A stretch of DNA of 59,788 nucleotides from an archaeon (GTDB lineage Archaea; Nanobdellota; Nanobdellia; Pacearchaeales; GW2011-AR1), in NCBI GenBank assembly GCA_043821945.1, contig JBDRCH010000011.1:1-59788 (forward strand), read 5' to 3'. A program made the position numbers and the translations under genes. Of the stretch, positions 44,799-53,396 are shown piece by piece. The notes beneath the pieces were generated by a model, which ran no database searches, was not told where the DNA came from, and worked only from the letters and a program-made list of their open reading frames with translations. How positions within the stretch are numbered: position 1 is the stretch's first letter; each line of letters begins with the position of its first letter.

Positions 44799-44978
44799 AT
44801 GAAAAACATGTGGATTCCAACAAAATCTTTTTTACTTAAATGTAGAAGAGTATGGCATATTCTGAAAAAACCTTCGAGAAAAGAATATGAAACAATTGCT
44901 AAAGTTTCTGCAATTGGAGTGCTTTTGCTTGGAACACTTGGTTTTCTTATCTCAATAGTTATGAATATTTTTATATAA
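44799..44978 (+). CDS. secE: Protein translocase subunit SecE (Sec61 gamma)
   Basis: Hand translation gives MKNMWIPTKSFLLKCRRVWHILKKPSRKEYETIAKVSAIGVLLLGTLGFLISIVMNIFI (59 aa). It has the KKPxxxEY plus single-TM pattern and sits upstream of spt5. The track shows only an antisense ORF here. Confidence 0.8.
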   Translation: MKNMWIPTKSFLLKCRRVWHILKKPSRKEYETIAKVSAIGVLLLGTLGFLISIVMNIFI

Positions 44979-45146
44979 CAAATTTTATAAACCCTTGTTT
45001 TCACTTAATTATATCTTTCTAGGATCTTAATGTCTTAGACGGAGCTAAATAAATCGCGATTTCCCCTAAGGGGCATTTGAAGAAATTGCCTCGCAGGAAC
45101 AAGAAGGGAGATTCCAAAGAACCGTTTAGGTTCTTTTGATTTGAAA

Positions 45147-45605
45147 ATGATATTTATTATTAAGGTAACAACAAACAAAGAAGAAAGAGCAGTTGACATG
45201 ATTGCTGAAAGAGCAGAGAGAAAAAGTATTAGGGTATATTCTGTTTCTCGACCTCATGGATTGAGAGGTTATATATTATTAGAAGCAGAAGACAGAGAAT
45301 CTGCAGAAGAAGCTGTATTTAACTTGCCTTATGTAAAAGGAATAATTGGAAAAACAATTGGTTATGAAGAAATAAAAAATATGGTCGAACCTTCAGCAAC
45401 AACAATTTCAATAAAAGAAGGCGACATTGTTGAAATTCTTTCAGACTCTTTCAAAAAAGAAAAAGCAAAAGTTTTAAGAATAGACAAACAAAAAGAAAAA
45501 GCAGTAGTAAGCTTACTTGGAGCAGTTGTTCCATTGCCGGTCACAATTAACTTAGATAATGTTAAAGTTATCAGAAGAGAAGAAGGAGACGAAGAAGATG
45601 AATGA
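45147..45605 (+). CDS. spt5: Transcription elongation factor Spt5 (NusG)
   Basis: MIFIIKVTTNKEERAV...GYILLEA (NGN domain) plus KOW (GDIVEILSDSFKKEKAKVLRID). The track start at TTG 45141 is less likely. Confidence 0.88.
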   Translation: MIFIIKVTTNKEERAVDMIAERAERKSIRVYSVSRPHGLRGYILLEAEDRESAEEAVFNLPYVKGIIGKTIGYEEIKNMVEPSATTISIKEGDIVEILSDSFKKEKAKVLRIDKQKEKAVVSLLGAVVPLPVTINLDNVKVIRREEGDEEDE

Positions 45606-45792
45606 ATTATCTGAAATATATAATAGAATGAGATTAAAGGATATAATCCGAGAAAAAAATGCCTTAACAAATCAAATATCCGCGAATTTAATTTTAGGTG
45701 ATGTAAATAATCATCTTTATGATAATCTATCAAATCTTCAAGAAAAAGAAGATAAATTAAACCAACCTTATTTCATGGGAAAACAAAAATGA
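45598..45792 (+). CDS. Orphan protein (64 aa) between spt5 and uL11
   Basis: ATG 45598 overlaps the spt5 stop by 8 nt, and the stop overlaps the uL11 start (ATGA). Confidence 0.45.
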   Translation: MNELSEIYNRMRLKDIIREKNALTNQISANLILGDVNNHLYDNLSNLQEKEDKLNQPYFMGKQK

Positions 45793-46415
45793 TAATTAAA
45801 ATATTAGCAGAAGGCGGAGAAATGAAACCAGGACCAGCTTTGAGCCAAAAACTTGGACCAGCAGGAATTAATATTGGCCAAGTGATTTCAAAAGTAAATG
45901 AAGCAACTAAAAATTTCAAGGGTATGAAAGTTCCTGTAACATTAGATGTGAATGTAAACACAAAAGAATTCATTATCCAAGTTTTTTCACCACCAGTTTC
46001 AGAGTTATTAAAAAAAGAATTAGGAATTGAAAAAGCTTCAGGACAGCAAAAGAACATTCAAGTAGGGAATCTCTCAATTGAGCAGATAATCTCAATCGCA
46101 AAAACAAAATTCCCAAATCTACTCTGTAATGACTTAAAATCCGCAGTTAAAACAATAGTTGGAAGTTGTGTAAGTTTGGGAATCATAGTCGAGAACAAAA
46201 CTGCAGTTGAAGTTGAGCAAGAGATTGAAGAAGGAAAATATGACAAAGAGATATCAGAAGAAAAAACAGAAACTCCTGAAGAAAAGAAAAAAAATTTAGA
46301 TGAATATTTTGAAGAGATAAAAGACAAACAAGATAAGTTGATAAAACAACAAGAAAAAGAAAAAGAAGCAGAAAGCTCAAAGGAGGCTGCTAAAAATGAA
46401 ATTCAAAAGAAATAG
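45789..46415 (+). CDS. rpl11: Ribosomal protein uL11 with E/K-rich C-terminal extension
   Basis: GGEMKPGPALSQKLGPAGINIGQV..., followed by a charged tail of about 60 aa. Confidence 0.9.
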   Translation: MIIKILAEGGEMKPGPALSQKLGPAGINIGQVISKVNEATKNFKGMKVPVTLDVNVNTKEFIIQVFSPPVSELLKKELGIEKASGQQKNIQVGNLSIEQIISIAKTKFPNLLCNDLKSAVKTIVGSCVSLGIIVENKTAVEVEQEIEEGKYDKEISEEKTETPEEKKKNLDEYFEEIKDKQDKLIKQQEKEKEAESSKEAAKNEIQKK

Positions 46416-46448
46416 TTTTATAAATTATCAGAACCCTCTCTTATGAAG

Positions 46449-46521
46449 GGGGCTGTGGGGTAGCCTGGTAGCCTTTCAGGTTTGGGACCTGACGACCCCG
46501 GTTCAAATCCGGGCAGCCCCA
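46449..46521 (+). tRNA. tRNA-Pro (anticodon UGG)
   Basis: Hand-folded. Acceptor GGGGCUG/CAGCCCC; anticodon stem UCAGG/CCUGA with loop UUUGGGA; T arm CCCGG-UUCAAAU-CCGGG; discriminator A. Confidence 0.88.
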
Positions 46522-46557
46522 TTTATATCTTTTTATAATACAAAATAATATAAATAA

Positions 46558-46920
46558 AATTTTAGTAAGGATATTATAGATTCAGAAGATGAAGAATTTT
46601 GGAACGAAATAATTCATACTAATCCTTATACTTATGTTGATTGTGGTTTTTGTGGTAGGATACATTACTGTACAACAGCACCAGAAGAATTTGAAGAGGG
46701 AGATTTGAAAAATTAATAAAAAAAGCAAAAGAAGAACCAAATAAATATATTGAACATAGAAGAGGAGTTGGTGGGAATTTTAGATGGAAAGAGAATTATT
46801 GAGAGATGTCCTTGCAATTCTTCTTCAAATTATAAAATATTTATTTTGCCCCCTGAGGGAAGATACGTTCCTCATTTTGTGAGAAAAACAGGTAAAAGAG
46901 AACTTAAACCATTATATTAA
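46558..46920 (+). pseudogene. Start-less ORF remnant interrupted by tandem in-frame stops
   Basis: A 121-codon frame (…YVDCGFCGRIHYC…EEFEEGDLKN**KKQKK…GKRIIERCPCNSS…) has TAATAA at 46714-46719 and no in-frame ATG. Confidence 0.4.
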
Positions 46921-47004
46921 ATTCTTCCAAAAAATCTCTAATCATATTAATTTTAGTTAATAAGAAACTTTTAAAAACCAATTCCTATCTTTATATGATA
47001 TAAA

Positions 47005-47226
47005 ATGCCAACAAAATTAAAAAAAACAAAATCCGCAGGCCGTTATGGCGCAAGGTATGGAAAAAGAGTAAGACAAAAGTTAGTTAAAGTAGAAGAAAAA
47101 CAAAGATTAAAACAAAAATGTCCTTTTTGTCAAAGGTTAAAAGCAAAAAGGCTTTCAAAAGGGATATGGGAATGTTCTGGTTGTGATAAAAAATTCGCAT
47201 CAGACACTTATTATCTAGGAGAATAA
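47005..47226 (+). CDS. rpl37ae: Ribosomal protein eL43 (L37Ae)
   Basis: GRYGARYGKRVRQK...CPFCQ...WECSGCDKKFA zinc ribbon. Confidence 0.9.
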   Translation: MPTKLKKTKSAGRYGARYGKRVRQKLVKVEEKQRLKQKCPFCQRLKAKRLSKGIWECSGCDKKFASDTYYLGE

Positions 47227-47227
47227 A

Positions 47228-47365
47228 ATGGCAACATATAAATGTTTCAAGTGTGAGAAAAAAATAAAAACTACTAATTTAGATAAGAGATTTGTTTGTC
47301 CTCATTGTGGAAGTAAGATTTTTTACAAACCTCGAACAAGAGTAAAAATAGTCAAAGCTGACTGA
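47228..47365 (+). CDS. rpoP: DNA-directed RNA polymerase subunit P (Rpo12/RpoP)
   Basis: Hand translation gives MATYKCFKCEKKIKTTNLDKRFVCPHCGSKIFYKPRTRVKIVKAD (45 aa). It has the CxxC...CxxC...YK pattern and the conserved position after eL43. Below the ORF-track cut-off. Confidence 0.75.
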   Translation: MATYKCFKCEKKIKTTNLDKRFVCPHCGSKIFYKPRTRVKIVKAD

Positions 47366-47419
47366 ATTTTTAGGACTATACTAAATAAACTATCTGAAAA
47401 GAGTTAGAAATCAAATAAA

Positions 47420-47740
47420 ATGAATGACCAAAATAAAATTCAAGAAATGCAACTTTTAGAACAAAACTTGCAGAATTTGCTTCTTCAAAAACAAGCATTT
47501 CAAATGGAGTTATCTGAAAATTCTTCTGCTTTAAATGAAATTGAAAATGCTAATGATGGAATTTTCAAGATTATAGGGCAATTAATGATAAAATCAGAAA
47601 AATCAAAAATAAAAGAAGAATTATTAAACAAAGAAAAAATTCTTGATTTGAGGATTAAATCAATTGAAAAACAAGAGGATTCTTTTACAAAACAGCTTGA
47701 TAAACTTCGTGAAGAAATAATGGGAAAGATGAAAAAATAA
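47420..47740 (+). CDS. pfdB: Prefoldin beta subunit
   Basis: 106 aa with two coiled coils around the FKIIGQLMIK beta hairpin. Confidence 0.8.
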   Translation: MNDQNKIQEMQLLEQNLQNLLLQKQAFQMELSENSSALNEIENANDGIFKIIGQLMIKSEKSKIKEELLNKEKILDLRIKSIEKQEDSFTKQLDKLREEIMGKMKK

Positions 47741-47791
47741 ATGTGCAAAAAATTACGAAATCTTTATAAATCTTAACAAGTTAAATTTAAC

Positions 47792-48181
47792 ATGGTTTTT
47801 GACAGAATAAAAAAAGTTTTTTCAGGTTCAGATGGCGAATCAATGGATAATGAATATCTTGAGATTGATCTTGAACAAAAAGAAAAAGACAACAAAGTTC
47901 TTGTAAGATTGTTTGTATTAAAGAGTTATGAAGATGTTAATGAAATTCTTGCTGCTCTAAGAGAAGGATATACTATTGCTGTAATTGATATAAAAGTTTT
48001 AAGACAAAAAGATCCTATTGAACTTAAGAGAGCAGTTTCAAAGATCAAAAAAACAACAGATGCTCTTGAAGGGAGTATTGCAGGATTTGGAGAAAACACA
48101 ATTATTGTAACTCCCTCATTTGCAAAGATTTCTAAAGAAACAGCTCAACCAAAAGAAGAAAAGAGAAGTAGATGGGATTAA
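47792..48181 (+). CDS. sepF: Archaeal SepF-like cell division protein
   Basis: The N-terminal MVFDRIKKVF could form an amphipathic helix. The C-terminal core is VLVRLFVLKSYEDVNEILAALREGYTIAVIDIKVL...IAGFGENTIIVTP. Confidence 0.7.
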   Translation: MVFDRIKKVFSGSDGESMDNEYLEIDLEQKEKDNKVLVRLFVLKSYEDVNEILAALREGYTIAVIDIKVLRQKDPIELKRAVSKIKKTTDALEGSIAGFGENTIIVTPSFAKISKETAQPKEEKRSRWD

Positions 48182-48301
48182 GTTTCATTAAATAGAATAG
48201 CAAAAAAGTTTTGTCCTGAAGAAGCATCACAAGAATATTTCTTAAAAAAAGCAAGAGATGAGTAATACAAGGATTTTTAAGTCATAATTCTAAATAATTC
48301 T

Positions 48302-48919
48302 ATGAAAACCCTTTTCATATCTGCAAAATTAAAATCCAAGATAAATAAGTCAAAAATATTAGAAATCTCAAAAAAACTTCCCAAAAATATAGCAATTGCT
48401 TATTCAATACAGTATATAAATCATGCAAAAGAAATAAATGATTTACTTAAAAAAAATCATAATGTAACTAGATTTTTACAAGTATTAGGTTGCTCTAAAC
48501 CAGCACTTCCTAAATCAACTCAAGCAATACTATTAATAGGAGACGGAAAATTTCACGCAATTTCATTAGCATTTGAATCAAAACTTCCAGTGCACCTCTT
48601 GTCTCATAACAAATTAGAACTAATATCAAAAAAAGAAATAAAAACATTAGAGAAAAAACAAAAAGTAGCGCACCTCAAGTTCCTTCATTCAGATCAAGTA
48701 GGAATTTTAGTTTCAACAAAACCAGGCCAACAAAGTCTAAGCAAAGCACTTAAATTAAAAAAATCAATCAAAGATAAAAAATCTTATTTATTTCTTAGTA
48801 ATAATATAAACACTTCTGAATTTGAAAACTTCCCGCAAATTCAAAGCTGGGTAAACACAGCTTGCCCGAGGTTGGATATTGAAGGAGAATTTGTCAATAT
48901 GATTAAGATCAAATCTTAG
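48302..48919 (+). CDS. Short Dph2-like protein (diphthamide synthesis radical-SAM family, domains 2-3 only)
   Basis: VLGCSKP, IGDGKFHAISLA, VGILVSTKPGQ and NTACPRL resemble the central and C-terminal parts of Dph2. Only 205 aa and two Cys residues. Confidence 0.5.
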   Translation: MKTLFISAKLKSKINKSKILEISKKLPKNIAIAYSIQYINHAKEINDLLKKNHNVTRFLQVLGCSKPALPKSTQAILLIGDGKFHAISLAFESKLPVHLLSHNKLELISKKEIKTLEKKQKVAHLKFLHSDQVGILVSTKPGQQSLSKALKLKKSIKDKKSYLFLSNNINTSEFENFPQIQSWVNTACPRLDIEGEFVNMIKIKS

Positions 48920-49307
48920 TAATACTAAACACAGATTTCAATGCTACAATAATTGTTGCAGGTACAAATAAAATCAATAAAGCCCCCGATATTTCTTGTC
49001 CGAGCAATCCAATCTTAGTTATTCCTAATAATGAACCTCCTAATCTATCACTAAATCCTTCTAATCCAAATTTACTAACAATAACTATAACTGCTCCTGC
49101 AAGAAGAAAAGTGCTAATATCTTGATTTCTTATATTAATAGAACCAATCACAATTCCCATAATTATAAGTATAACATAAAATAATTGATTAAATTGAACA
49201 AATGCTTGAATAGAAAAAGATTTTATCAAAGCAATAGTTATAGCCAATATAACTCCAATGAGAAAAGCCCACGCTCCTAGATAATTCTCTTTTGATTTTA
49301 TTGTCAT
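48909..49307 (-). CDS. Multi-TM membrane protein, unknown function
   Basis: Likely start is MTIKSKENYLGAWAFLIGV (ATG 49307). Four hydrophobic helices. Confidence 0.5.
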   Translation of the reverse strand: MTIKSKENYLGAWAFLIGVILAITIALIKSFSIQAFVQFNQLFYVILIIMGIVIGSINIRNQDISTFLLAGAVIVIVSKFGLEGFSDRLGGSLLGITKIGLLGQEISGALLILFVPATIIVALKSVFSITKI

Positions 49308-49438
49308 CTTGTTATTTCCTTCGATAAATAATGATTTTAAAATATATAAATGTTTTGAAACCAAAACTTTGATTTTAATCATATATTTTACAAAACAGAA
49401 ATATTTATAAACCATAGTAACTGCAAAATGATTACAAA

Positions 49439-51265
49439 ATGAAAACAAAAAATTTATGTTTGATCAGTTTAAGCATTTTATTTTTGGTAATGTTCTTAAA
49501 CTTTGCAAGTGCAGCTGTGATAGCTGAATGGTCTTTAACTACAGATGGTTCTGCTTCAAATATTAATTCAAATTTAAATGCTGGAAGTTTTACAGGAACT
49601 TCAGAAGTTACATTTACTGATAATGGTGCTTCTGCAAGCAATTGGGCTACAGGAGTTATTGATGGAGCAAAATATTTTCAAATTACATTATCTCCAAAAA
49701 CAGGATATGACTTAACTATATCTAATATTAATTTTGGTGAGAGAAAATCTACAACAGGACCAGATAATTATCAAGTTCAATATTCAAAAAATTCTGATTT
49801 TAGTTCTTCTACTATAATCTCGACACAATCTATACCTGAAGATACTGATGAAAGATCAAGAACAATTGATAGTCTTAATATTAATGTAAATGAAGGAGAA
49901 ACAATATACTTTAGATGGTTTTCATATAATGCTGAGAGCACAGTAGGTACATGGAGAATCAATGATGGAACTTTGAATGTTGAAGGAACTTTAACAAGTG
50001 TAGTCTCAGATGAAGAGCCATCAGAAATAAATTCTTGCGAATTAACAGGAAATTCTGCTAATAATTTAAGAATAAAAAGTATTGATATAACAGATAAAGG
50101 AATGAATGGAGGATCAGAATCTGAATTTGGGGATGATGATGCTTGGTTTCTTCTTGATGATATTGAAGTAGAAATTAAAGTCGAAAATAAGGGTAACGAG
50201 GATATAGATAATGTAGAAATTGAATGGGGTTTATGGAATACTCAATCAAATGAGTGGATAATCGAGCTTGATGATGAAAAAGATTTTGATGTTAAAGATG
50301 ATGATTCAGAGATAATTACAATAAGTTTTAATCTTGAAGACTCACTTGATATTGATTTAGATGAATTAGATGATGGAAAGAATTATAGATTTTATGTTAT
50401 AGCAAATGGTTATGATAATGAAATAGAAGAAGATGTTTGTGCTAGTGATTTTGAAGAAATAGAAATTATAATTGAAAGTGACTTTGTTGTTCTATATGAC
50501 TTTCAATATCCAGAAAAAGTTTCATGTGGAGGAGATTTTCAGATTATAGCAGATGCTTGGAATATTGGAGATTCTGATCAAGATGATGTTTATGTTAAAG
50601 TGTTTAACTCAGAATTAGGAATTAATGAAAAAGTAGAGATTGGAGATATAGATGCTTTTGATAAGGAAGATTTTGAAATAACTTTAGAAATACCAGAAGA
50701 CACTGATGAAAAGATATATGCAATTGATTTTGAAGTATATAACGAAGACGATGATATCTTTGAAACAGACTTTGATGATGATTTAGCAGAGTTTAGAATC
50801 TTATTAACTGTTAGCGGAAGTTGTTCAATTGAAAAAAGTGCTCTTGTATCTGCAAGTTTAGAATCAGGAGGAAAAGCTGGAGAAGAATTAGTTGTTAGAG
50901 CAACAATTGTAAATACTGGAAGTGGTTCAACAACTTATAATATTAATGCAAAAGGATATTCAGATTGGGCAGATTCAGCTGAAGTTAATCCTGATATGGT
51001 TTTATTAAAAGCAGGAGAATCAAAGGATATTTTATTAACTCTTAAGGTAAATGCAAATGCTGTAGGAGAAAAAAACTTTGATATTGAATTAACTTCAGAC
51101 AATGAAGTAATATTGAAACAACCAGTTTCAGTTTCAATCGAAGGCTCACAAGGATTAAAGAATATAATTCCTGGAGACAATCTCTATTTATGGGGGATTG
51201 GAGCATTAAATATAATTTTAGTGATAATCATTATTATCGTGGCAATTAGAGTTGCTAGGAAATAG
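49439..51265 (+). CDS. Secreted acidic cell-surface protein with CARDB/NEW3-like Ig-fold repeats and C-terminal sorting-signal-like anchor
   Basis: N-terminal signal peptide (LCLISLSILFLVMFLNFASAAV) and D/E-rich beta-repeat domains. The C-terminus is IPGDNLYLWGIGALNIILVIIIIIVAIRVARK (motif, TM helix, basic tail). Confidence 0.7.
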   Translation: MKTKNLCLISLSILFLVMFLNFASAAVIAEWSLTTDGSASNINSNLNAGSFTGTSEVTFTDNGASASNWATGVIDGAKYFQITLSPKTGYDLTISNINFGERKSTTGPDNYQVQYSKNSDFSSSTIISTQSIPEDTDERSRTIDSLNINVNEGETIYFRWFSYNAESTVGTWRINDGTLNVEGTLTSVVSDEEPSEINSCELTGNSANNLRIKSIDITDKGMNGGSESEFGDDDAWFLLDDIEVEIKVENKGNEDIDNVEIEWGLWNTQSNEWIIELDDEKDFDVKDDDSEIITISFNLEDSLDIDLDELDDGKNYRFYVIANGYDNEIEEDVCASDFEEIEIIIESDFVVLYDFQYPEKVSCGGDFQIIADAWNIGDSDQDDVYVKVFNSELGINEKVEIGDIDAFDKEDFEITLEIPEDTDEKIYAIDFEVYNEDDDIFETDFDDDLAEFRILLTVSGSCSIEKSALVSASLESGGKAGEELVVRATIVNTGSGSTTYNINAKGYSDWADSAEVNPDMVLLKAGESKDILLTLKVNANAVGEKNFDIELTSDNEVILKQPVSVSIEGSQGLKNIIPGDNLYLWGIGALNIILVIIIIIVAIRVARK

Positions 51266-51394
51266 GGTTTCTTTCTCTAATCTTTTTTTCTAGAATATGA
51301 ATTTATACCCTCATTTGAGAAATCTTATTGTATTAGAAATACATAAAGCTGAGAAAGAATGTAAGAAAATAAAGTGCATAAACCTTAGTGAGAA

Positions 51395-51589
51395 ATGTTA
51401 CCAAATGTTAAAAAAAATTCTCCTAATCCAACATACTCTTTTAATAGAAAAGGAAAATTTTATGAAATTCCTTATGTTGTAAATGGAAATAATTCTTTAT
51501 TTGAAATAGAATTCTATGATGTGGAGAATCTCAAAAACATAATTCCAATTTTTCGATTTCCCAAACAAACTTATTTAAATCCCTCTTAA
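51395..51589 (+). CDS. Hypothetical protein (64 aa)
   Basis: ORF ends 11 nt upstream of the archaeosortase-like gene. It overlaps an alternative track ORF (51297..51482), so the call is uncertain. Confidence 0.3.
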   Translation: MLPNVKKNSPNPTYSFNRKGKFYEIPYVVNGNNSLFEIEFYDVENLKNIIPIFRFPKQTYLNPS

Positions 51590-51600
51590 CTTTTATTTTT

Positions 51601-52128
51601 ATGAAATCAAAAGAGGTTTATGATATTCTAATTAGATACTTAGTAATATTCTTATCAGCATTACCTCATTTTTGGATTTTTTACTTTATTTTTACTCCTC
51701 TCACTATTTATCCAGTTTACTTTTTATTAAAAATATTCTTTGATGTTTCTTTAAGTGGGAATATTATTTCTGTGTCTGATTATTCTATTGAAATAATAAA
51801 TGCTTGTGTAGCAGGTTCTGCATATTATGCATTATTAGTCCTTAATCTTTCAATACCTAAAATAAAAATAAAAAAAAGGATCAAAATGTTATTATTCGCA
51901 TTTGTTTCTCTCCTAACAATAAATATTTTAAGAATATTATTCCTTAGCATACTTTGGGTTTCAGGATCTTCTTTTTTTGATATAACCCATAAATTGTTCT
52001 GGTATTTTTTAAGCACGATTTTTGTAGTTTTAATATGGTTTACAGAAGTGAGAATATTCAAAATAAAAGAAATACCATTCTATTCAGATCTAAGTCATCT
52101 ATTTAAACATTCAATTCTGAAAAAATAA
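51601..52128 (+). CDS. Compact exosortase/archaeosortase-family protein (175 aa)
   Basis: Polytopic. Candidate catalytic residues are Cys69 (IINACVAGS), Arg111 (TINILRILF) and His130 (FDITHKLFW). The Cys-Arg spacing of 42 residues fits my recollection of the archaeosortase family. Confidence 0.6.
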   Translation: MKSKEVYDILIRYLVIFLSALPHFWIFYFIFTPLTIYPVYFLLKIFFDVSLSGNIISVSDYSIEIINACVAGSAYYALLVLNLSIPKIKIKKRIKMLLFAFVSLLTINILRILFLSILWVSGSSFFDITHKLFWYFLSTIFVVLIWFTEVRIFKIKEIPFYSDLSHLFKHSILKK

Positions 52129-52129
52129 A

Positions 52130-52750
52130 ATGCTTGATGGATTGCTAACTCAATTAACTCAGACAATATTATTAATAGTAAAAGAATTAGGTTATATTGG
52201 AATTTTTATAGGAATGACTATAGAGAGTTCTTTTTTTCCTTTTCCAAGCGAAGTTATCTTGGTTCCTGCAGGAGTTTTAGCTTCAAAAGGAGAAATGAGT
52301 ATCACTCTCATCTTTATAGCAGGATTATTAGGAAGCTTAGCAGGAGCAGTTTTTAATTATCTTCTTGCAATGTTTTTAGGCAGATCAGCAGTTGATTTGT
52401 TAATCTCTAAATATGGAAAGATACTTTTTCTGAGCAAAAGCAGTTTAAAGAGATCTGATGATTATTTCAATAAACATGGAGACATAACCACTTTTATTGG
52501 GAGATTAATTCCAATAATCAGACAATTGATCTCACTTCCTGCAGGATTTTCAAGAATGAACTTTCCCAAATTTATAATGTTTACAACACTTGGAGCAGGA
52601 ATATGGGCTATTATCTTAATCTATTTGGGATATTTTTTTGGGAGCAATTCTGAATGGATAAGTAATAATTTAAATGTAATCTCTTTTGGTCTTATGTTGT
52701 TTAGTTTGATAATATTTATTATTTATCTAAGATATAAAAAGAAAAAATAA
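52130..52750 (+). CDS. DedA/SNARE-associated family membrane protein
   Basis: ESSFFPFPSEVILVPAG and GRLIPIIRQLISLPAG motifs. Starts 1 nt after the upstream stop. Confidence 0.8.
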   Translation: MLDGLLTQLTQTILLIVKELGYIGIFIGMTIESSFFPFPSEVILVPAGVLASKGEMSITLIFIAGLLGSLAGAVFNYLLAMFLGRSAVDLLISKYGKILFLSKSSLKRSDDYFNKHGDITTFIGRLIPIIRQLISLPAGFSRMNFPKFIMFTTLGAGIWAIILIYLGYFFGSNSEWISNNLNVISFGLMLFSLIIFIIYLRYKKKK

Positions 52751-53362
52751 CTATTCTTTATTAATCTCTTTAAAAATTTCTATCATTAGTCTCTCTGTAA
52801 CTTCTAATACTTCACAATTAAATATATAAAGATCATAACAAGAAGGTCCAGGCATTTTTATTTCAGTTTTATTTCCAGGAATAAGTCTAATAAAAGTGTA
52901 ATCCCCATCCCAATTACAAGAAAGACTATCATTTTTTATAACTCTTGCCCCCATTCTTTCTAAAAGACTAGCAAGGTTTGCAATACCAATAATTTCATCT
53001 CCTTCACATCTGAATTCTTGAGTTGCATTAAACACAACATTTTCAAATATGTGCAATTCTCCACTAAGAGTAATTTTTTCACCAATTTTCCTTGGATCTT
53101 TCCTCAAATAAAAATTATAATCTCCAATAAAATTTCCTGTCACAGAATTTCCTTGATAAAGGGGAATACTCGTTCTATAAGGTGCAAGTTCGTCAACAAT
53201 TTCAAATTTGATTCCTTTGTATTCAAAATTCTTTCTTGAATCAAAAAAGATATAACTAACTAAAAAAACCCCAATAAATATAGCTATAAAAATTAGAAAA
53301 TTTTTTAATAATTTGTTTTGTTCATCTGAACTAGCATCTTTTTTCTGAATTTCTTCTCCCAT
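52751..53362 (-). CDS. N-terminally anchored extracellular orphan protein (203 aa)
   Basis: One TM helix (FLIFIAIFIGVFLVSYIFF) followed by a Cys-containing soluble domain. Confidence 0.5.
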   Translation of the reverse strand: MGEEIQKKDASSDEQNKLLKNFLIFIAIFIGVFLVSYIFFDSRKNFEYKGIKFEIVDELAPYRTSIPLYQGNSVTGNFIGDYNFYLRKDPRKIGEKITLSGELHIFENVVFNATQEFRCEGDEIIGIANLASLLERMGARVIKNDSLSCNWDGDYTFIRLIPGNKTEIKMPGPSCYDLYIFNCEVLEVTERLMIEIFKEINKE

Positions 53363-53396
53363 CTTTTATTTCTTCTTTCAATCTTTTTAAATTTTA

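Noticed and set aside
48182-48265. 27 sense codons in frame immediately after the sepF TAA stop, raising the possibility of read-through.
   Set aside because: There is no supporting signal, no known read-through context and no start codon. Chance open frames of this length are common.
51297-51482. 61-aa ORF overlapping the 51395..51589 ORF between the surface protein and the archaeosortase-like gene.
   Set aside because: The two ORFs are mutually exclusive. The 51395 frame looks more protein-like and abuts the downstream gene, though neither can be confirmed.
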